From positions 1-26,450 of IMG/VR virus record IMGVR_UViG_3300034283_000651: 26,450 nt of DNA, one strand, 5' to 3'. The notes below the pieces were generated by a model, which was given only the letters and a program-made list of their open reading frames with translations, was not told the origin of the DNA and did not search any database. Below, in pieces: positions 1 to 8,506 of the stretch. The DNA comes from a virus. Lineage: Duplodnaviria; Caudoviricetes. Both the position numbers and the translations under genes were made by a program. Position 1 is the stretch's first letter, and every line of letters begins with the position of its first letter.

Positions 1-1
1 A

Positions 2-118
2 CCAGTTCTTTCAATAGAAGAAAAAAATATTGAGCCGTCAGTTAATGACACTCAAAAAAATGAGCCGTCAATCGTTGACACTCAAAAACCAAATAGTTTA
101 TTTATTAATTTACTCTAA
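2..118 (+). CDS. 3' end of upstream gene, probable prohead protease (partial)
   Basis: Frame 2 is open from the window start: PVLSIEEKNIEPSVNDTQKNEPSIVDTQKPNSLFINLL*, TAA at 116-118. Identity is inferred only from its position directly before the capsid gene and the EPS..DTQ tail. Confidence 0.55.
   Translation, partial: PVLSIEEKNIEPSVNDTQKNEPSIVDTQKPNSLFINLL
30..85 (+). repeat. Tandem 30-nt-period repeat forming two hairpins TGAG-CC-GTCA-N5-TGAC-A-CTCA
   Basis: Copies at 31-54 and 61-84 have identical stems and different loops (GTTAA vs ATCGT). Confidence 0.85.
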
Positions 119-131
119 AAACAAAAACAAA

Positions 132-1352
132 ATGTTTGTAGAAAAAACAATTGAAGAAGTAAGCGCAATGTCAATGACTGAACAAGCGACTTACCTTACG
201 GAAAAAAAAGCAAACGAACTGAACGTTCGTAAAGCTGAAATCGAAGCGGCTATTTCTGACGCTAAAAAAGAAACGTCAAGCGAACTTGAAGTTTTGAAAG
301 CTGAATTGAACAGCGTTGCTGTTGATTTGAAAGGATTGAAAGAAGCACCAGCGAAAGTTGAAGGTTCTAAAACAATTGGTCAAGCTTTGGCTGTTGCATT
401 GAAAGCCGCTGAAGGTGACATTCAAAAAGCAATTAACGGAAAACAAGAAACAGCAATCAAAGTTGCGGTTACAATGTCAGTTGACGACACAATCGGTGCT
501 GGACCAACGCAAGTAACAATTACTGACAACACTGGAATCATTTCACCAATAAGAAAACGCGAATTGCGTTATTTGGCGAATGTTTCTGTTGGATCAACAA
601 TTGGAAACCGCGCTTTGTGGATTGAAGAACTTGACGAACAAGGAAATCCAATAATGTTAGCTGAAGGCGCTGAAAAACCACAAGCTTCAGTTCGTTACGA
701 AGAAAGAACAGCAAACGTTAAGAAAATAGCTGTTTACGGAAAAGTAACGACTGAAATGATGGCTGACTTGCCACAATTGATTTCTTACATTCAGAACAAC
801 TTAATGAAGCGTTTGGACATCGTTCTTGAAGATAATTTCTTCAATGGTGACAACCTTGGTGACAACTTGAACGGCGCTTTCAACCTTGCAACGCCTTGGG
901 CGGCTGGTGTTTTAGCTGGAACAATCGTTTCACCTTCAGATTACGACGTTGTTGAATCAGTAGCACTTCAAACTGAACTTGCTTTCGGTATGCCAACAGC
1001 AATTTTCGTAAACCCAGCGGTTGTTGCAAGAATGAGGTTAACAAAAGATTCAGTTGGTCAATATGTTTTGCCAGTTTTCGCAACGGCTAACGGACTTGAA
1101 GTTTCAGGTATGCGAGTAATTCCAACGACGGCGGTTACTGGTGAGAATTTTATCGGTGGCGATATGTCAATTCTTCATGTACTTGTTCGCGAAGAACTTG
1201 GAATTCAAATCGGTCTTGACGGAAATGACTTCATTAACAACAAAAAAACAATGCTTCTTGAAAAAAGAATCGTTCAATTCGCTTCAGCTAACGACGTTGG
1301 TTGTTTAATCAAAGGTGAATTTGACGTTGCAAAAGCGGCACTTGCTGTTTAA
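132..1352 (+). CDS. Major capsid protein, HK97 fold, with N-terminal coiled-coil (delta-like) region
   Basis: AEGAEKP motif, VKKIAVYGKVTTEMMAD, FFNGD...NLNG, KDSVGQYV and a C-terminal F.NNK.T...E.R segment are typical of HK97-family capsids. ATG 132 after an A-rich leader is preferred over the TTG at 30. Confidence 0.93.
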   Translation: MFVEKTIEEVSAMSMTEQATYLTEKKANELNVRKAEIEAAISDAKKETSSELEVLKAELNSVAVDLKGLKEAPAKVEGSKTIGQALAVALKAAEGDIQKAINGKQETAIKVAVTMSVDDTIGAGPTQVTITDNTGIISPIRKRELRYLANVSVGSTIGNRALWIEELDEQGNPIMLAEGAEKPQASVRYEERTANVKKIAVYGKVTTEMMADLPQLISYIQNNLMKRLDIVLEDNFFNGDNLGDNLNGAFNLATPWAAGVLAGTIVSPSDYDVVESVALQTELAFGMPTAIFVNPAVVARMRLTKDSVGQYVLPVFATANGLEVSGMRVIPTTAVTGENFIGGDMSILHVLVREELGIQIGLDGNDFINNKKTMLLEKRIVQFASANDVGCLIKGEFDVAKAALAV

Positions 1353-1367
1353 TCATTGAATAAAAAC

Positions 1368-1392
1368 AAGGGGGTGCAATTCCCCCTTATTT
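1368..1392 (+). terminator. Hairpin after capsid gene (leaky terminator or stabiliser)
   Basis: AAGGGGG-tgcaatt-CCCCCTT followed by a weak U tract (ATTT). Confidence 0.6.
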
Positions 1393-1405
1393 AAAACTTT
1401 TCAAA

Positions 1406-1627
1406 ATGGCAACAGCAAAAACAACAGAAGCAACAGCAACAGCGGTAAAAGAAAACCTTCAAGTTACTGAAAGCGCACAAGCTGAAATTTCTAACGTAAG
1501 ACCTAAACCAGTAAAAGGTAAGTTTTACGAATTTGAATCAAAAGGAAAGTCGAAGTATTTGAAAAAAGGAAAGCGTTATTTATTGACCGCTGAACTTTTT
1601 GATTTGTTTACTAAAAAAGGTTATTAA
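1406..1627 (+). CDS. Small hypothetical protein downstream of capsid gene
   Basis: 73-aa ORF with A-rich leader, basic C-terminus and tight packing. Confidence 0.75.
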   Translation: MATAKTTEATATAVKENLQVTESAQAEISNVRPKPVKGKFYEFESKGKSKYLKKGKRYLLTAELFDLFTKKGY

Positions 1628-1628
1628 T

Positions 1629-2132
1629 ATGTCTTTAATCATTGCTGACGATTTTACTGGTAAATACGAAGTTCATATCAGTCAATTTACCGCTGACAAA
1701 CTTCAAGAATATATTGACAGATACGAAACAAGTATTTTGAATAAATTACTTGGTGTCGAACTTTACAATCTATTTATTACCGATATTGTTTTGCCAGTTC
1801 CGTCACCGATTTATGAAAAGATTTTCTTGCCATTTATCGAACAAACGGATCGCGGCGACATTTTAGAATCGAAAGGAATGAAAGACTTGCTGACTGGAAT
1901 GATTTATTTTTATTACGTTCGTGACCAATATACTCAAATGAGTACGTTGGGCGCGGTAAAAAATAAAGGTGAAAATTCAGAAAGCACAACTTTTGTAATG
2001 TCAGGTTTGAACGCGCGTTGGAATGAAGCGGTTGAAACATACAATTCAATTCAGCATTACGTCGAACTGAACAAAGAAGTTGATTATCCAACCTTTAAAG
2101 GTTTAAGAGAATTTCCAGCGTTATCAATGTAA
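1629..2132 (+). CDS. Probable head-tail adaptor/connector protein
   Basis: Helical ~167-aa protein (YIDRYE...LLGVELY...YFYYVRD) in the post-capsid position. ATG 1629 follows the upstream stop. Confidence 0.65.
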   Translation: MSLIIADDFTGKYEVHISQFTADKLQEYIDRYETSILNKLLGVELYNLFITDIVLPVPSPIYEKIFLPFIEQTDRGDILESKGMKDLLTGMIYFYYVRDQYTQMSTLGAVKNKGENSESTTFVMSGLNARWNEAVETYNSIQHYVELNKEVDYPTFKGLREFPALSM

Positions 2133-2135
2133 GGA

Positions 2136-2828
2136 ATGAAAGATATTTATCAAATAGTAAAAGACGAAATTCACGCAAAAATGAATTTAACAATCAACGT
2201 TGAAAGCGTTACTTTGGTGTCACCTGACACTTACGCTTTAGTTGTTTGTTCTTTAAAGTGGGCGCGAAAAGGTTTAACTATTGTTGACGAATTGAATCAT
2301 TCTTTTGTTATAAGCGAAGTTGATCCAACGACGAACACAATTATTGTTGTTGGTTCGTTTGAATGGTCAGGAAACGGAATTATTCAAGCTTACAAGTTTT
2401 TTGTCGGAACACCTATTTCAACTAACGAAGAATGGAAGGTTTTCAACAGCGACGAAAGAAAAAAAGTTCCGTTTATTTGGCTGGTCGAACCAACGTCTGA
2501 AAGATTTGCAACGTCAGAAAATTCACTTGAAAGAACAAGTGATTTGCGTTTAATTTTTCTTGACGACAATTTCGCGCGTAAATGGTTAACGACTGAAGTT
2601 CACGAAAACAGACTTCAGTCAGTTTATAATTGCGTTGAACAATTTATTTTAACTATTCAGAATAATCCGATTTTCGGAAATTTGCCTGAATACGATTTAA
2701 AAAACTTTACGCGATTTGGGACTGAATCAACGAACGGCTTTACAGCAAATATTATTGACGCCGATTTAACTGGTGTCGAATTGCGGTTGTCACTACCGAT
2801 TTATAAATTAAGTGAATGTAATTGTTAA
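2136..2828 (+). CDS. Probable tail-completion/terminator-type structural protein
   Basis: 230 aa, directly before the tail tube gene, with a P.IWL motif and a C-terminal ..GVELRL.. strand. Function inferred from synteny. Confidence 0.5.
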   Translation: MKDIYQIVKDEIHAKMNLTINVESVTLVSPDTYALVVCSLKWARKGLTIVDELNHSFVISEVDPTTNTIIVVGSFEWSGNGIIQAYKFFVGTPISTNEEWKVFNSDERKKVPFIWLVEPTSERFATSENSLERTSDLRLIFLDDNFARKWLTTEVHENRLQSVYNCVEQFILTIQNNPIFGNLPEYDLKNFTRFGTESTNGFTANIIDADLTGVELRLSLPIYKLSECNC

Positions 2829-2856
2829 TTTTAAACAACTTTAAAAACTAAAAAAA

Positions 2857-3789
2857 ATGGCAGAATTTTGCACTTGTGGCGTTTCTTATGGTGAAACTGG
2901 TCTTGACGGCTGTCCAGTAATAGGAAGAACACCGCACAATGTTATTATCGTTCCGCGTTATGCTGAAGACGGAACACTAAACAAAATTGACTTGACTTCA
3001 CCAACAATTGGTGCTGACATTCAAGCTTTAACACAATTTTCAACACCAGCGCAAGAAAGACTTTATCCTTTGCCATTTGGTGAGAACTTTGTAATTACAA
3101 AAAGCGACACAATTTACGAAACTGGACCTTCAGGGAACAAGTACAAAATCAAAGAAGGAATTCGTACAATTGCTTTCGAACTTTGGGACAAAGCGTCTTC
3201 GGTTCGTATGTTAGCGGAATTGAAAAAATTCGGTTGTTCACAACTTTCTTATTTCATTGTTGACATTGAAGGAAAACTTGAAGGTTACAAAGACAACGTT
3301 GAAGACACTGAATTTTATCCTTATCCAATGGAAACTTCAACTTACAACACAATTTTAATGTATGCGACTGATTCAGCGGTTCAAAAAATTATGTTGTCTT
3401 TCGACCAAACGCAATATTTCAACGACGGAAAAATCTATTATTTGACACCTTCAGATTTAGGTTATTCAGCGACAGAATTGAAAGGTCTTGTTCCAATTAA
3501 CAGCGTTGTGTCAAACATTACAACAACTGGTGTTGAAGTTGCTTTGTCGAAACCAGCTTATTCAGCAATTTTCGGAAATGCGACACCGCTTACTGGTTTA
3601 GTTTTGGCTAACTTTGCATTGTTCGACGTTACTGGTGGCGCACCAGTTGCAATTACTGGCGTGACTGAAGGTCCTGACGGAACTTACACTTTGGTTTATT
3701 CAGCGGTTGCTGGTCAAAATGACTTTGAGTTAACAATTACAGCGAATAGTTACGCGATTCCAGTAATAAGCTACGTTGATCCAGCTTAA
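2857..3789 (+). CDS. Probable major tail tube protein with C-terminal Ig-like extension
   Basis: 310 aa, beta-rich, strong leader, position upstream of the tape measure. C-terminal ~100 aa are T/V/G-rich (VTEGPDGTYTL). Confidence 0.65.
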   Translation: MAEFCTCGVSYGETGLDGCPVIGRTPHNVIIVPRYAEDGTLNKIDLTSPTIGADIQALTQFSTPAQERLYPLPFGENFVITKSDTIYETGPSGNKYKIKEGIRTIAFELWDKASSVRMLAELKKFGCSQLSYFIVDIEGKLEGYKDNVEDTEFYPYPMETSTYNTILMYATDSAVQKIMLSFDQTQYFNDGKIYYLTPSDLGYSATELKGLVPINSVVSNITTTGVEVALSKPAYSAIFGNATPLTGLVLANFALFDVTGGAPVAITGVTEGPDGTYTLVYSAVAGQNDFELTITANSYAIPVISYVDPA

Positions 3790-3791
3790 TA

Positions 3792-3953
3792 ATGAACAAA
3801 CCAGTTTTAACAATTAAACTTGGTCGCTCTGAATATAGTGTCGAATTCTTAAAAAGCGTAACTTTGAAAGAAGCGATTGAACATTTCGAACGGCTTGGTG
3901 TTCACGAAGGACAAATCCGAAACGCTTGGAAACGAGCAAACGGAAAAAAATAA
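3792..3953 (+). CDS. Small hypothetical protein (53 aa; not in ORF track)
   Basis: MNKPVLTIKLGRSEYSVEFLKSVTLKEAIEHFERLGVHEGQIRNAWKRANGKK*; fills the gap between the tail tube gene and a terminator. Confidence 0.75.
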   Translation: MNKPVLTIKLGRSEYSVEFLKSVTLKEAIEHFERLGVHEGQIRNAWKRANGKK

Positions 3954-3973
3954 AACAAATAGTGTTTAATGGC

Positions 3974-4005
3974 AAAAGGGGTGTTTAAAAGCACCCTTTT
4001 TTTTT
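3974..4005 (+). terminator. Intrinsic terminator
   Basis: GGGTGT-ttaaaa-GCACCC followed by T9. Confidence 0.8.
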
Positions 4006-4018
4006 AACCAAAAATTGA

Positions 4019-4477
4019 ATGATTGTTGACTTTACAAGACTGGACCGCTTATTTTCAGCTTTGGACAATTTGTCTGAAGATAAAATTTGGTTGTTTGCTG
4101 TCGACAAAGACGTTCAAGACGAAATTATTCGAATCAATACTGAAGACCAGCTTGAAGAAGAAGGAATTGATTCACTCGGTCGTAAATTAGGCGATTACGC
4201 GCCTTCAACGATTGCATACAAAAGGCGAAAAGGTCAACGTTACGACCATGTAACTTTGAAAGACGAAGGTGACTTTTATAATTCCTTCAATGTGAAAGTA
4301 AACGTCAACGAAATAATTATTGACGCTGACGATTCAAGCAAATATAACAAACCGCTTTTCGAAGTTTGGGGTGTTGACGTTCTTGGATTGACTGACGACA
4401 ATATGAACTACATTAAAGAAATGATTCTTGAAAACTATATTAAATTTGTGCTGAATGAATTACTTTCTTACAATTGA
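4019..4477 (+). CDS. Virion morphogenesis / tail-completion (neck) family-like protein
   Basis: LGDYAPSTIAYKRRKG...TLKDEGDFYNSF...LGLT pattern, typical of phage virion morphogenesis proteins. Confidence 0.65.
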   Translation: MIVDFTRLDRLFSALDNLSEDKIWLFAVDKDVQDEIIRINTEDQLEEEGIDSLGRKLGDYAPSTIAYKRRKGQRYDHVTLKDEGDFYNSFNVKVNVNEIIIDADDSSKYNKPLFEVWGVDVLGLTDDNMNYIKEMILENYIKFVLNELLSYN

Positions 4478-4889
4478 CAAGTTAACAATGGATCGCTGGT
4501 TGAGGTGTCAAGACGGCGATTTAACCGCTTTACGAATTGACGCTGAAGTCGGAAGTGAAGAAATGGATTTTTCCGCGTGGGAACTTGTGAATCAAAACTA
4601 CATTGAAACTTTTGGTGTCAGTCGTAAACACGTCAGATATTTACAGCTTCAAAAAGAACTTTTACTTGCAAGAATGGATTTATTAATAACTGGTGACAAA
4701 TTCATTTTAAATAAAATTGACGACATTGAAAAAGAAATGTCCAGTGTATTTGTTTCGGACCAACCGAACGCGAAAATATCAACGACATTCATTCATTTAT
4801 CCAAATTCATGGGTTACAGAATAACCCCTGAAACGATTTCAGTTCTTGAATTTTTTACAATGGTCGAAGAATACGGAAAAAATAATTAG
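4455..4889 (+). CDS. Hypothetical protein, possible tail assembly chaperone
   Basis: 144-aa helical protein immediately before the tape measure; assignment by synteny only. Confidence 0.55.
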   Translation: MNYFLTIDKLTMDRWLRCQDGDLTALRIDAEVGSEEMDFSAWELVNQNYIETFGVSRKHVRYLQLQKELLLARMDLLITGDKFILNKIDDIEKEMSSVFVSDQPNAKISTTFIHLSKFMGYRITPETISVLEFFTMVEEYGKNN

Positions 4890-4891
4890 AA

Positions 4892-7800
4892 ATGGCAAAG
4901 AAAATTTCAAAAATAGATATTGTTCAAGGTGACGTTTTAGCTGACTTGCGTTCGTCGCTTGAAAAAACAAAGGCACAAGGTGACCTTTTAAAAGCTTCTT
5001 TAATTGCCATTGACGAAGCAATGAAAAAACTGAAAGCTGACGCGAAAAGCTTGAAAGTTGACATTCAGAAAGTTGATCCGTCTGACACGAAACAACTGAA
5101 TGACTTAAACAACAAGCAACGCGAGGCAAATAAATTGTTGCTTGAACAAGAAAAAATTCGTCAGGCACAATTGAAAACCGAATTACAGATTGAACGCAAT
5201 AAACAAGCGCAAATTCGAACTGAAAAGTTGTTGAACAATGAAACGCAAAGAACAACTTCAGCTTACAAAGAACAATCAAAACTTTTAAATAAACTTCGTA
5301 ACGATTATAAAGACCTTGCTGTTCAAGAAAAAACGAACACAAAAGAGGCAAAGGATTTACTCGCGCAAATTACAAAGCTTGACGCTAAATTAAAAAACGT
5401 TGACGCTTCAGTCGGACAATACCAGCGAAATGTTGGAAACTATGGTTCGGCGTGGGAAGGTCTTAAAGGCAAATGGAAAAGTTTGGTTTCTGTTGCTGGT
5501 CAGCTTGGTCTTGCTGTCGGTGGCGCTCAAATTCTTCGAAGTTCAATTGACACAATAAAAGAATTCGGTCAATCAATCGCTGACCTTTCGGCAATTACTG
5601 GCGCTTCAGGTCCAGACCTTGAAAAATACAAGAAATCCGCAATTGAACTTGGAAAATCAACACAAGGCGGCGCAAAAGCTGTTGTTGAAGCGTTTAAACT
5701 TATTGGTTCGGCTAAACCTGAACTTCTTGAAAATGCTGACGCGTTAATTAAAGTTACTGAAGCGGCAAGAACATTGTCAAAAGCTTCAGGAAAGGAATTG
5801 CCTGACGCGGCAACGGCTTTAACTGACGCAATGAATCAGTTCGGCGCGTCGTCTGACGAAGCGGCTAAATTTATCAACGTTCTTGCCGCTGGTTCAAAAT
5901 TCGGCGCCGCTGAAATTCCGCAAGTAACGGAAGCATTGTTGAAATTTGGCGCTGTTTCAAAGGCGGCGAACGTAAGTATTGAAGAATCGACAGCTTTAAT
6001 TGAAGCACTCGCCGAACGCGGTTTAAAAGGTGCTGAAGCTGGAACGGCTTTGCGTAATGTCATGTTAAAACTTTCCGCACCTGACGCCTTGCCTAAAGAA
6101 GCAAAAGAACGTCTTGACGGACTTGGAATTTCATTTGCTGACCTTCAAGACAAAAGCAAACCATTTTCTGAACGCCTTAATGCCTTAAAACCATTACTAA
6201 ACGACAACGCCGCGCTTGTAAAGGTGTTTGGAATGGAAAACGCTGTTGCCGCAAGAAATTTAATTGATTCAACCGCAAGAATACAAGAATTAAATAAACA
6301 AGTAACTGGAACAGATACGGCTTTCAAACAAGCTGAAATTCGTTCAAAAACACTTGCTGAATCATTCAACACTTTAAAAGAAACTTGGAACGCTTACGTT
6401 TTAGGCGGTTCGGAAGGTCTTGACATGAATAACAGATTGATTTCTTCGTTAGATTTTCTTTCGAAAAATCTCGATACAATTGTAAATGCTTTAATTCGTG
6501 TCATTCGTTTATACATTGAATTTAAAGCGGTTCAACAAGCGTTAAAATTAAAGGAAAATTACGACGCTTGGAAGGCGCAAAAACAAGCAATCAAAGAAAC
6601 TGGTGAGGCTTTAGAAAAAGGTTCGGACAAAGCAAAAGCTTTTGGTACAGCTTTAAAATCAATCGGTTTTGCTATTGCAATTGATTTAGCTATTGAACTG
6701 GCGACTTCACTTGTAAAAGTTGCAAATGGTCACGCGTTCGCTGAAAATGCAATGATTTCTTACGAAAACACAAGAAAAGAAATTGCATTAAAAGTTAAAG
6801 CTGACAACGCTGAAACAAGTAAACAATTACTTGCTGAAAAAGAAAGAGTTGACAATCAAATAACATTATTGGAACGTGAAAGAACGCAACGAATAAAGAA
6901 CGGCGAAAGCGCAAAACAAGTAAACAAAGAAATTGATTCAAGTATTAAAAATTTGAATGAATCATTAAAGAAACAAGTTGTTGCGCGTGATCCTTTAGGA
7001 CTGACGGCTTTTGAAAGAAATAAAAACACAATATCAAACTACAAAAGTCAAATTTCACTTTTAAGAAATGAAATCAATCAACTTCAAGAAATTGAAAAGA
7101 AAGAAGGTACAAGTCGAAAAGCTGGAATTGCGGCGGCAAGGGAAAAAATAATTGTTCTTCAAGAAAACATAAAAGGTGTAATTGCTGACAATAAATTTAG
7201 ATTTGAATTACTTGAAAATTTGAATGAGGAAAATAATTTGACTGAAGCGAACACTTACGCACTTGAAGAAAATACAGACGAAGAAAAGAAAAATAAAAAA
7301 GCGAAAGAAGAAAAGGTTAAAACCATGAAAGACGCGAACGACGAAATAGAACGCATGGTTGACTTAATGAAACAGACGCAAGAATTAACAGACGAAATCG
7401 CACTTTATGAAGCTGAAGCCGACGTTCAAAGCGCGATTCAATCGCAACTGGATTCAATAAACGAAAGCGGTCAGTATTCAATTGATTTAATCAATCAAAG
7501 GATTGACGCTGAATATGAATTGAAGAAAGCAATCATTGAAAGAAACTTTCTTGAAGAAGTCGATTCAGCAACTACCGAAGACGAAGTTATTAACGCTGGA
7601 AAACGACGTTCTTTCGAACTTGGTAAACTTGAAAAGGAACGTGTTGACCTTAAAAAAGACGTGTACAAACAACTTGAAACAGCGCAAGAAGAACACGCCG
7701 ACAAAACGTTTCAACTGGATCAACAAGAAACTGAAGCACAAAAAGACGAATTAAAAAAACGCGCTGAAAATCAACAAAAATATATTGATTTCACGACGAA

Positions 7801-8506
7801 ATACCTTGAAAAAAACATTGACGCAAGAATCGCTTTGCTTGAAAAAGAAATTGAAGCCAGTCAAAAGCAACAACAAATTCTTCAAGAACTTGCCGCGAAC
7901 GGAAACATTCAAGCGTCACAATCTTTAGCCGAACAAGAAAAGATTGAAGTTGAAGCGTTGCGTCGTAAAGAAAAACTTGAACGCAAGAAAGCACAATTAC
8001 AATCTATAACGGCTTTTTTAAATGCTTACACAAATGCGAGAGCCGAAGGTAAAACACTTGGTGAATCGCTTACAATTGCACTCGGTGACAAAGCTGTTCT
8101 TGACGCAATTATTGAAACGCTTCCGACATTCTTGGAAGGAACTGAAGACACTGGTCGCGGTGGCAATTTAGACGCTGACGGCGGTTTTCTTTCAGTATTG
8201 CACCCTAACGAACGCGTAATGACAAAAGAACAAAACGCCGCGTTAATGGGAATGTCAAATGATGAGGTTGTGAAAATTGTTCAAGGTGCAAAAATGAATG
8301 AAATTCAACCAAAAGGTTGGGAAAATTTGGGTGTGTTAACTGAACTGAACGGATTGAAAGACGAACTTCAAGACATTAAAAAAGCTATTTTAAGCAAACC
8401 TGAAACGAACATTGAACTTGGTGAAATAGTTGGTGCTACAATGTCAATTGTAAAGTCGGTTAAAAAAGGTAATTCAGTGACATACAACAAATATAAAATT
8501 AAGTAA
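4892..8506 (+). CDS. Tail tape measure protein (TP901-like core)
   Basis: 1204 aa, long coiled coils, YQRNVGNY motif, core with ALIEALAERGLKGAEAGTALRNVM, C-terminal LHPNERVM motif. Confidence 0.93.
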   Translation: MAKKISKIDIVQGDVLADLRSSLEKTKAQGDLLKASLIAIDEAMKKLKADAKSLKVDIQKVDPSDTKQLNDLNNKQREANKLLLEQEKIRQAQLKTELQIERNKQAQIRTEKLLNNETQRTTSAYKEQSKLLNKLRNDYKDLAVQEKTNTKEAKDLLAQITKLDAKLKNVDASVGQYQRNVGNYGSAWEGLKGKWKSLVSVAGQLGLAVGGAQILRSSIDTIKEFGQSIADLSAITGASGPDLEKYKKSAIELGKSTQGGAKAVVEAFKLIGSAKPELLENADALIKVTEAARTLSKASGKELPDAATALTDAMNQFGASSDEAAKFINVLAAGSKFGAAEIPQVTEALLKFGAVSKAANVSIEESTALIEALAERGLKGAEAGTALRNVMLKLSAPDALPKEAKERLDGLGISFADLQDKSKPFSERLNALKPLLNDNAALVKVFGMENAVAARNLIDSTARIQELNKQVTGTDTAFKQAEIRSKTLAESFNTLKETWNAYVLGGSEGLDMNNRLISSLDFLSKNLDTIVNALIRVIRLYIEFKAVQQALKLKENYDAWKAQKQAIKETGEALEKGSDKAKAFGTALKSIGFAIAIDLAIELATSLVKVANGHAFAENAMISYENTRKEIALKVKADNAETSKQLLAEKERVDNQITLLERERTQRIKNGESAKQVNKEIDSSIKNLNESLKKQVVARDPLGLTAFERNKNTISNYKSQISLLRNEINQLQEIEKKEGTSRKAGIAAAREKIIVLQENIKGVIADNKFRFELLENLNEENNLTEANTYALEENTDEEKKNKKAKEEKVKTMKDANDEIERMVDLMKQTQELTDEIALYEAEADVQSAIQSQLDSINESGQYSIDLINQRIDAEYELKKAIIERNFLEEVDSATTEDEVINAGKRRSFELGKLEKERVDLKKDVYKQLETAQEEHADKTFQLDQQETEAQKDELKKRAENQQKYIDFTTKYLEKNIDARIALLEKEIEASQKQQQILQELAANGNIQASQSLAEQEKIEVEALRRKEKLERKKAQLQSITAFLNAYTNARAEGKTLGESLTIALGDKAVLDAIIETLPTFLEGTEDTGRGGNLDADGGFLSVLHPNERVMTKEQNAALMGMSNDEVVKIVQGAKMNEIQPKGWENLGVLTELNGLKDELQDIKKAILSKPETNIELGEIVGATMSIVKSVKKGNSVTYNKYKIK

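Noticed and set aside
31-84. CRISPR-like reading of the two repeats here and at 12614-12660
   Set aside because: Only two copies each, no spacers of CRISPR length, both inside coding frames, and no cas genes.
30-131. Upstream TTG/alternative starts in the ORF track (30, 1599, 17654, 18587, 19272, 19870, 20686, 20859)
   Set aside because: They run through upstream genes or promoters; downstream ATGs with A-rich leaders or stop-start coupling fit better.
3941-3990. A AAA AAA slippery run at the end of the 53-aa ORF after the tail tube gene (tail-chaperone-type frameshift?)
   Set aside because: Both shifted frames stop within about 13 codons and a terminator follows, so no extended product is possible.
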